From NCBI GenBank assembly GCA_038227875.1, contig JBBRPR010000017.1:1-64000 (forward strand): DNA of 64,000 bases, read 5' to 3'. This DNA comes from Planctomycetota bacterium. GTDB taxonomy: Bacteria > Planctomycetota > SZUA-567 > H5-PLA8. Positions 42,558 through 49,518 of this stretch are shown here, piece after piece (the first letter of the stretch is position 1; the number at the start of each line of letters is the position of its first letter). Position numbers and translations under genes: made by a program. Under the pieces are notes generated by a model, which had not been told where the DNA came from, made no database searches, and saw only the letters and a list, made by a program, of their open reading frames with translations.

Positions 42558-42900
42558 GCAATTCAAAATTAAAAATTCAAAATTCAAAAACGCACGCGCT
42601 GGGAAACAGTTCGTGGGCTGAGTATCGTTCCACAGGTACTACACCACTATTAGTTGTGCTTCAGGCCAATTGGCCTGAAGGTTTAGGCCGTATTCGTTAC
42701 CGGTCAAATTTGACCGCTGGTTAATTTCCAACATGGGGAAAATTTTTCCTATGCTGTCCGACCTTGTCGACCATGGTCGACAGGGTTGCCTCGCGTCGTA
42801 CAGGCGACACGGCACGGATGAGCGAAGTCTTCGCTACGCTCAGACTTTTGCACATCCATGGCATAGTGTCTTCCGCGTGCGTTTTTGAATTTTGAATTGC
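42558..42900. repeat. MITE-like composite element: terminal inverted repeats enclosing an array of palindromes and a REP-like unit
   Basis: GCAATTCAAAATT..CAAAAACGCACGCG / CGCGTGCGTTTTTGAATTTTGAATTGC; palindromes at 42659-42680, 42701-42716, 42732-42753 and 42761-42786. Confidence 0.75.
42813..42865 (-). repeat. REP-like unit, third copy of the 62289-62437 family
   Basis: CACGGATGAGCGAAGTCTTCGCTACGCTCAGACTTTTGCACATCCATGGCA. Confidence 0.85.
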
Positions 42901-42902
42901 TT

Positions 42903-43493
42903 TCACGCCATTTCGTCGATAAACGGCTCGACCTGCTTGCGCCAGACCGCGTAGCCCGCGGGTGAGAGATGCAGCAGGTCTTCGGCGAAAAATTCATCTC
43001 GCGGGATGCCCTGCGCGTCCAGCATCGCTTCGAAAATGCTGATGTAGCGCGCGTTGGGCCAGTTCTTGAGCTCGGCCTGAACCATCGCGTTGACCTGTTC
43101 GATTTCCTTCCGCAGATGCGCGCGGTTCTTGCTCGGCTTGATCGACATGAACGCCACCGGCCGTCCCGGAAATGCGCGGGTGAAACGCGCCATGAAATCG
43201 CGGTAGGACGTGATTACGTCGTTGACCGACCGGCCGAGGCCGAGATCGTTGTCGCCGGCGTAGAGCACCACGGCGCGCGGCGCGTAGCGCAGGACCAGCC
43301 GGTCCATCAGTTCGACGCATTCGTTAAGCATTGAGCCGCCGAAGGCTCGGTTGATGATCGGCACGCCCGGAAAATCACGGTGGAGCGTCGTCCACATGCG
43401 GATTGACGAACTGCCGTAGAAGAGAATGGGGTGGGTGGGCGGTGGATCCTTGCGGTCTTCTTCGTCGTAGGCCTTCACTTCATTGTCGTACAT
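42903..43493 (-). CDS. SGNH/GDSL hydrolase family protein
   Basis: FYGSSSIRMW, NRAFGGS, YAGDND, DLLHL. Confidence 0.9.
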   Translation of the reverse strand: MYDNEVKAYDEEDRKDPPPTHPILFYGSSSIRMWTTLHRDFPGVPIINRAFGGSMLNECVELMDRLVLRYAPRAVVLYAGDNDLGLGRSVNDVITSYRDFMARFTRAFPGRPVAFMSIKPSKNRAHLRKEIEQVNAMVQAELKNWPNARYISIFEAMLDAQGIPRDEFFAEDLLHLSPAGYAVWRKQVEPFIDEMA

Positions 43494-43571
43494 GTTTGGC
43501 GCGAAACTCCTGAACGGGTGAATGCCACCACGTTACGGCGGAGCGAAGAAACGTCGAGCGCAGGCGCGGAT

Positions 43572-44240
43572 TCAAGAAATTGGCGCGGTGGCCGGGCCGT
43601 CCTGCGTGCGCAGCACGCGCTCGAGCACGGCTACCATTACGACACCCACAGGAAAGCACGCCAGTGTCATGCGGTGCAGCATCAGATAAGGCCGCTCGGG
43701 GTCGTCGACATAGCCGATGTCCAGCATCACTTTTCTGAACCAGTAAAACGGAACGTTGAAACAGATTCCATCCATGAGAATCACCGCCACACAAGCTCCA
43801 GCCGCGACGAGTCCCACCAACCGCGTGCCATACGCGAACGCAAAGAGCAGCTTTCGCAGGCGCTGAGTGTGCCCGCTGCGTTGCGCTGCGAGACAGCCGA
43901 CGACCAACCCAATCGCCTGGCACGCGGAAAACACAATCCCAACGAGAGGAAACCAGGAATCCAGCAGCGGCTTGAGAATCGCGAGCAGCAAGCCAAAATA
44001 GAGTCCCGCGAAGATCAGGTCCTCCAGCCGCAGATGCCAGAAGCCGCGCAGGTCGCTGGGCTCGCGTCGGTAACAACGTACCAGCGCGAGCGCGGAGATC
44101 AGTGTCAGTGGCGGCCAGATCCACCAGATGGGTGGAGCAATAGCCTGAGCCACGATGCTGAGCACAAGCAGTGTCAGTGTTCCGCCGGAACTCATGAACA
44201 ACAGTGCCGTCCAGATATTTTTCTGCCAGCGGACAGGCAT
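43572..44240 (-). CDS. Multi-pass membrane hypothetical protein
   Basis: About 6 hydrophobic segments; starts 2 nt after the ECF gene stop. Confidence 0.7.
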   Translation of the reverse strand: MPVRWQKNIWTALLFMSSGGTLTLLVLSIVAQAIAPPIWWIWPPLTLISALALVRCYRREPSDLRGFWHLRLEDLIFAGLYFGLLLAILKPLLDSWFPLVGIVFSACQAIGLVVGCLAAQRSGHTQRLRKLLFAFAYGTRLVGLVAAGACVAVILMDGICFNVPFYWFRKVMLDIGYVDDPERPYLMLHRMTLACFPVGVVMVAVLERVLRTQDGPATAPIS

Positions 44241-44242
44241 GA

Positions 44243-46285
44243 TCAGAATTCGTCCTTCTGGGGTTTCACGTCCGCGTTGTCCTGCGCCTTGGGAGCGTGC
44301 AGGTAGCGGATCATGCCGGCCGCCATTTCCTGGGTAAACGGATTGGAACTGGTGCTCCGTTTGGTCCAGCGCTCCTCCGCCATTTTCAAGGCCTCGGGTG
44401 CGGGTTGTTGTTCAGAGAGCAGTTTCGCCTGATCTTCGTCGAGCAGCGTGTCGTCCACTGTAAACCGCACGCCCAGGACCAGGTCACTTCCCGCCATTTT
44501 GCGAATGGCGTCGGGCATGGTTTCGGGCAAATCCAATTTGTAACCCAGCTTCGCCGTGACGATGCGTTTGTGATGGATCACGACGCCGCGTTCCACGTCG
44601 ACACTCACTTCCTCATCGCTCTGCCCGGTCAGCGATTTTGGCGCCAGCGTCAGCATCGTGGCTCCGATGTTCACGGATTCCTCAGGCAAAAGTTCGGGAT
44701 TCAGCGTGATGGGCGTCGGCCGCGATTTTAAAGTTGCGATCAGCCGGCCTTTCACGATCTCCAGATTTTCCAGCGTGTACTGAATGGGAAAATGGTATTT
44801 CTGCTGCAGCGATACGTCTGTTTGCCACGAATCGTTCACTGCGCGGGGCATGCCGCCGGTTGAACTGAACGGTGCCAGGCCGATATCGTTGAGCAGCAGA
44901 AAGCCGAGACCCACCTGGCCGAGCGTGAGCGTCGCGTTATCGAGTCCGGGAGACAAGACTTTGAATTGATGCGTGTCCGCGTCTTTCGTCGAGGCTACGC
45001 GGGTTGAACCGTCCGGGCGCCAGGTAATCCGGCATCCTGGCATCTTCGATTGGTCGTCGATCGAGTACGCGAAGAGATTCATCGGCGCGCGCGGCGCTTT
45101 GTCGACTTGGACGTTGTAATGGTTTGCGTTAAAGGCCTTGATACACGCGAATTTGAACGTCAGCTCGCCCTTGACCTTCGGCATCTCAGCCGGCGCTGCC
45201 GTGGTCACTTCATAAATCTGGCAGTCCGACATGTCGGGGATCAGGCCATCGATCACCGCCATAATTGGCGGCCGATCCGTGGTCGTTGTCTCTGTCAGGC
45301 GCTCATAGAGCAGCCGCCCTTTCAAAACCTGCGGACCAAAGCTGACGGTTTTCGGAATGACGAGCGGCAACGGTGCCGGCGCGGCCCCATTCGGCCCGTC
45401 CTTGTCTCCGTGCGTGACCGGAGCGCTTTCACCCGCGGCCAACTTCATCGTGACAGGCACTCCAATCAGTGCTGAAATGAGAAGTACGGCTGCGACGACT
45501 TTGATTTTCATCCAGAACAAGGCCTTCATCGTTCCCTCCGCAAGAGTTTTTGCACCCAACGTCGCTGTCGCGCCCGCCGTTCCGAGGCAGGCCGCGTGGA
45601 GGGAGGCGACAAAGTGCGGCGGCGCCGCGTGCGTGGCGTGATGTTCCAGCGCCAGTGCCAGAATCGCCGCCGGAACGGACGTTCCGGTCCCGGCGAAGCG
45701 CTGACGCAAGCGGTTGATCGCGCGCGACACGCGCGCCGAAAGAGTTCCGACCGGGCAGCCGAGCTCCTTGGCCGCTTCCGGTTCGGTCTTGCCCGCAAGG
45801 TAGCGCAGCACCACCGCGTCCCGCTCGGCTGATGGCAGAGCGTTAAGCAAGGTGTCGAGCTGCGGCTTCAACGTCTGCCAGACTTCGCTTTCGCCAGCCG
45901 CCTCTTGAATTTTCGCCCGCATCGCTGCTGCCTCCTGCTCATGCCTGGTACGCGTCCGACGCTCCCGGTTGGCGCGTTGCGCCACGTACACAGCCGTCCG
46001 GTAAAACCACGCGGAAAGCGGGGTATCCGGCCGGAGCGACGCGGCTTTCTGCGTGAAGACCAGGAACACGGCTTGTCCCGCGTCGTCGGCCAGATGCGGA
46101 TCGCCGACGATGCGCAGGCACGTGGCGTAGACCAGATCCGCGTGGCGCTGGATGATCTCCTGCAGCGCCTGCGGATCACGGTTCTTCGCATACTGTGCCA
46201 GCAGACTCGACATGTACGGCTCCCGACGCGAACTGACACGATTGGGCGGTTGAGCAGTTGTTGCGAGCACGTTGATCGCCTCCAT
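44243..46285 (-). CDS. ECF sigma-70 factor with TM segment and large extracytoplasmic C-terminal extension (planctomycete type); start uncertain
   Basis: RHADLVYATCLRIVGD..ADDAGQAVF, LSAWFY, ERDAVVLRYL..LGCPVGTLSARVSRA, TM VAAVLLISALIGV. Confidence 0.85.
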   Translation of the reverse strand: MEAINVLATTAQPPNRVSSRREPYMSSLLAQYAKNRDPQALQEIIQRHADLVYATCLRIVGDPHLADDAGQAVFLVFTQKAASLRPDTPLSAWFYRTAVYVAQRANRERRTRTRHEQEAAAMRAKIQEAAGESEVWQTLKPQLDTLLNALPSAERDAVVLRYLAGKTEPEAAKELGCPVGTLSARVSRAINRLRQRFAGTGTSVPAAILALALEHHATHAAPPHFVASLHAACLGTAGATATLGAKTLAEGTMKALFWMKIKVVAAVLLISALIGVPVTMKLAAGESAPVTHGDKDGPNGAAPAPLPLVIPKTVSFGPQVLKGRLLYERLTETTTTDRPPIMAVIDGLIPDMSDCQIYEVTTAAPAEMPKVKGELTFKFACIKAFNANHYNVQVDKAPRAPMNLFAYSIDDQSKMPGCRITWRPDGSTRVASTKDADTHQFKVLSPGLDNATLTLGQVGLGFLLLNDIGLAPFSSTGGMPRAVNDSWQTDVSLQQKYHFPIQYTLENLEIVKGRLIATLKSRPTPITLNPELLPEESVNIGATMLTLAPKSLTGQSDEEVSVDVERGVVIHHKRIVTAKLGYKLDLPETMPDAIRKMAGSDLVLGVRFTVDDTLLDEDQAKLLSEQQPAPEALKMAEERWTKRSTSSNPFTQEMAAGMIRYLHAPKAQDNADVKPQKDEF

Positions 46286-46401
46286 CCTACCCTCATATCC
46301 CTGCTCGCGGCAGCACCCCTGCGGGAAAAGCGCGGAAAAATGAAAAAGCACGGATTTGATCCGTGCTAAGCGAAGGGCCATAAGTGGTGAATCTGCGGGC
46401 G

Positions 46402-47730
46402 TTACCAGATGATCGGAATGGCGCCACCGTCGTCGACGGAGTAATTCCAGCGTTTCAAATACGTTTCCGCTGGCTGGAAGTCATCGTTGAAGCGCGCCAA
46501 TTCCTGCTTCAATCGCGCGTCCAATTGAGCTTGAAGCGCGGCGCAATCCGGGCGGCCGATGAGATTCGTGAGTTGGTACGGATCGCGTTCGTTGTCGTAG
46601 AGCAGCCAGGGACCGTCCAAATTTCGTGCGTACGTATGCCGGTGCGTGCGCAGTGTCCGCCACGGCAAGCCACGGTACTCGGCAAACGGAGCGATTGCTG
46701 CGGCGAGCGTGGCGTCAGGACCCACAAAGTCGCGGTTCAACACCGCGGCGGAAAGATCCAGACCGTCCACCGTCGACGGCACGGGTACGCCCAGCAGAGA
46801 CAGCAGCGTGGGCATCAGGTCCCAGACATTCAAGAGCGTGTTGACTCGGCTTCCCTTGGTGAATTGCTTCGGTGCACGGATCACAAATGGAACGTTGATG
46901 CTCTCTTCCCACGGATGTTGTTTGCGTTGAACGCCGTGACTGCGCAGCATGTCGCCGTGATCGCTGGTAAAAACAAAAATTGTCTTCTCCAGCTGACCGT
47001 TCTCAGTCAGTCCGCGCACCAGGCGGCCAATCTGTTCGTCCAGCGCTGTGACATGAGCGTAGTAGCCGCGCAACTCGTCCCGGTTGGGATTCGGGCAATT
47101 GGGTCGCACCGGCACGTCGGGCGGGTACAGGTCGAGAAATTCCTTGGGCACCTGATCGTAGGGATTGTGTGGCGGACCCCAGGACAGAAACAGCGCAAAA
47201 GGATCCGCGCCGCTTCGCTTTAAAAAGTCCAGAGCAACATCGGTCTGCGCGCGCGCGTCGTAGCCGTTCCAATGTTTCTTTTCAGTGGAGTCGCCGGAAT
47301 AGTAATGCGACTGCATGTAATTGTGATCGCAGTTGGCGACGGCCCAGAAATCGAATCCCTGGCGCCGCGGTCCGGGCGGCGTATAGGCCGAACGTTCATT
47401 GCCATCCAAATGCCATTTGCCAATGTAGCCGGTGCGGTATCCCGCTTCTTTCAATACGGTGCCGAATGTGGGGCGATCTGTTGGCAGGCGCAAATCGTTG
47501 ATGAACAACCCGTGCCGCAGCGGGTATTGGCCAGTCAGCATGCTCGCACGCCAGGGCGTGCAGACCGGCATGCCCGAAATGCAGTTCACGAATTCCAGTC
47601 CTTCGGCCGCGAGCTTGTCCAAGTTCGGTGAAATCACCGCGCGATTGCCGGAGTATCCCGTGGCTTCCGCGCGCATTTGATCGGCAAAAACAAAGACCAG
47701 ATTGTATTCGGGTCGACTCATCGTGGGCAC
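46402..47730 (-). CDS. Cys-type sulfatase
   Basis: FADQMR, VCTPWRASMLTG (CxPxR), GKWHL, PPHNPY, TSDHG. Confidence 0.93.
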   Translation of the reverse strand: MPTMSRPEYNLVFVFADQMRAEATGYSGNRAVISPNLDKLAAEGLEFVNCISGMPVCTPWRASMLTGQYPLRHGLFINDLRLPTDRPTFGTVLKEAGYRTGYIGKWHLDGNERSAYTPPGPRRQGFDFWAVANCDHNYMQSHYYSGDSTEKKHWNGYDARAQTDVALDFLKRSGADPFALFLSWGPPHNPYDQVPKEFLDLYPPDVPVRPNCPNPNRDELRGYYAHVTALDEQIGRLVRGLTENGQLEKTIFVFTSDHGDMLRSHGVQRKQHPWEESINVPFVIRAPKQFTKGSRVNTLLNVWDLMPTLLSLLGVPVPSTVDGLDLSAAVLNRDFVGPDATLAAAIAPFAEYRGLPWRTLRTHRHTYARNLDGPWLLYDNERDPYQLTNLIGRPDCAALQAQLDARLKQELARFNDDFQPAETYLKRWNYSVDDGGAIPIIW

Positions 47731-47823
47731 CTTTCAACAGTAAACGGCAGTCACGCTCTAATCACTCCACGCGTTGCGCGCAAGTCGCAGTTCCGCGTTC
47801 TTAAAGAACGTTTCACGGAAAAT

Positions 47824-47852
47824 TTGACAGTTTGCTGTTCGTGAGGTTGAAT
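47824..47852 (+). promoter_or_regulatory. Probable sigma-70 promoter of the tyrS leader
   Basis: TTGACA (47824-47829)-17 nt-TTGAAT (47847-47852). Confidence 0.5.
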
Positions 47853-47876
47853 GCCCTGGTCCGAATGGAGATCAAC

Positions 47877-47930
47877 ATGCTACGCGCGTTTTACGGCTAC
47901 GGATATCGATTCAACTCCCCCGTGGCGTAG
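47877..47930 (+). CDS. Tyr-rich attenuator leader peptide MLRAFYGYGYRFNSPVA
   Basis: SD GGAG at 47867-47870; TAC GGC TAC GGA TAT cluster; directly upstream of terminators and tyrS. Confidence 0.8.
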   Translation: MLRAFYGYGYRFNSPVA

Positions 47931-47953
47931 CGCGACTGTTTTGAATTTAGGCG

Positions 47954-47985
47954 AGCCATGGGTATGATCATCCCATGGCTTTTTT
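47954..47985 (+). terminator. Attenuator terminator 1
   Basis: AGCCATGGG-loop-CCCATGGCT followed by TTTTT. Confidence 0.85.
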
Positions 47986-48002
47986 GTTGGCGTAAATAAA
48001 GG

Positions 48003-48039
48003 GGCCATGGGATGCGCGGAAGCGTCTCATGGCCTTTTT
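48003..48039 (+). terminator. Attenuator terminator 2
   Basis: GGCCATGGGATGC-GCGGAA-GCGTCTCATGGCC followed by TTTTT. Confidence 0.8.
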
Positions 48040-48057
48040 AATTGAACGGAGGATGCA

Positions 48058-49365
48058 ATGCTGGGCGATGTCGTTCAGGAATTACGGTGGCGCGGGTTGT
48101 TGCAGCAGATGACCGACGAGACGCTCGAGAAGCGTCTGCTCCAGAATCCATTTACGCTCTACGCCGGTTTCGACCCGACGGCCGACAGCCTCGCGGCGCA
48201 TCACATGATTCCGCTGCTCAATCTCGCCCGCTTCCAGCGCGCCGGGCACAAGCCCATCGCGGTGGTCGGCGGCGGCACGGGGTTCATCGGCGATCCGTCG
48301 GGCAAAACTGAAGAGCGCCAGTTGCTCACCGCGGAGCAGCTTGAGGCCAACGTCGCCGGTCAGCGCAAGCAGATGGAGCGCTTCCTGGATTTCACGCCCG
48401 GTACGGCGCAGGCCTCCGTGCTGAACAACGCCGATTGGCTCTGCGGCATGAACCTGATCACGTACCTGCGCGACGTCGGCAAGCATTTCACGGTCAACTC
48501 GATGCTGGAGAAAGATTCCGTCCGCCGGCGCCTGGAAGATCGCGCACAGGGCATCAGCTACACGGAATTCAGCTACATGCTGCTGCAGGCGTACGATTTT
48601 TATCACCTCTTCAAGCACCACGGGTGCCGGCTGCAGATTGGCGGCAGCGATCAATTCGGCAACATCACCGCCGGCTGCGAATTGATCCGCCGCCGTCGTC
48701 CCGAAACCGAGGCGCATGAGACGTGGGGCGCATACGGTTTGACCACGACCCTGATTACCGATTCCAACGGCGAGAAAATCGGCAAGACCACGAAAGGCGC
48801 GCTGTGGCTGGATCCGAACAAGACGACGCCGTTCGATTTCTACCAGTACTGGATCAACACCAGCGACGCCGACGCCATCAAGTACGTCCGTTACTTCACC
48901 GACGTGAACGAAGCCGACGCGCAAGCCGGCGAGGCCGATCACGCCAAGGACCCGGGCAAGCGTTTGCTGCAGAAGAAGCTCGCCCGCTTCATGACGGAGC
49001 TGGTTCACGGCGTGACGGAACGGGAGAACGCACAGAAGATGACCGACGATCTTTTTACCAAGTCGGTAAAAGACCTCGACGAAGCTGCGCTCTTGAACCT
49101 TGTGAAAGATGCTTCGAGTTCGACACTCTCGCGATCGCGGTTGGAAGGCGAAGGGATGCCAATTATCGAGTTGCTTGCAGAAGCTACCAAACTGTGGGCA
49201 TCAAAGGGCGAGGCGAAGAAGTCGATTCAAGGCAACGGAGCGAATCTCAACGACGTTCGAGTGACTGATCTTCAGAAAAAAGTGACGACGGCTGAGCTGC
49301 TCCATGGCAAGTACTTGGTGCTGCGGAAGGGGAAGAAAGACAATCATCTGGTGAAGGTGGAATGA
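48058..49365 (+). CDS. tyrS: Tyrosine--tRNA ligase
   Basis: YAGFDPTADSL, GDPSGK, EFSYMLLQAYD, QIGGSDQFGNI, KIGKT, S4-like LRKGKK. Confidence 0.97.
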   Translation: MLGDVVQELRWRGLLQQMTDETLEKRLLQNPFTLYAGFDPTADSLAAHHMIPLLNLARFQRAGHKPIAVVGGGTGFIGDPSGKTEERQLLTAEQLEANVAGQRKQMERFLDFTPGTAQASVLNNADWLCGMNLITYLRDVGKHFTVNSMLEKDSVRRRLEDRAQGISYTEFSYMLLQAYDFYHLFKHHGCRLQIGGSDQFGNITAGCELIRRRRPETEAHETWGAYGLTTTLITDSNGEKIGKTTKGALWLDPNKTTPFDFYQYWINTSDADAIKYVRYFTDVNEADAQAGEADHAKDPGKRLLQKKLARFMTELVHGVTERENAQKMTDDLFTKSVKDLDEAALLNLVKDASSSTLSRSRLEGEGMPIIELLAEATKLWASKGEAKKSIQGNGANLNDVRVTDLQKKVTTAELLHGKYLVLRKGKKDNHLVKVE

Positions 49366-49395
49366 ACGATTAGCTGGTCATATCAAGCCGACGGG

Positions 49396-49436
49396 ACTTC
49401 GTCGGGAGCGACGCCAATCACGGCTCCCGACGAAGT
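49396..49436. terminator. 14-bp hairpin after tyrS (terminator or REP-like)
   Basis: ACTTCGTCGGGAGC ... GCTCCCGACGAAGT, with only a short T tail. Confidence 0.55.
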
Positions 49437-49518
49437 TTAAAATAATTCATAATCTTCCGTCACATTTCGATCCCACTGCATCTTGAGTCTGAGTGAATGA
49501 GAGAGGTGTGGAGGAAAA

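Noticed and set aside
42600..42870. CRISPR array or integron attC sites
   Set aside because: No repeated direct-repeat unit with regular spacers, no cas or integrase gene, and no RYYYAAC...GTTRRRY framing.
43431..44306. 291-aa plus-strand ORF
   Set aside because: Antisense to the multi-TM gene that follows the ECF gene; no plausible protein features.
47760..48050. T-box riboswitch upstream of tyrS
   Set aside because: No T-box UGGNACC bulge or stem I motifs recognised; the leader-peptide model explains the pairings.
49459..49483. Autoregulatory ECF promoter GTCACA...GCATCT upstream of the sigma fusion
   Set aside because: Suggestive -35 element, but the spacing is shorter than typical; cannot be supported without homolog alignment.
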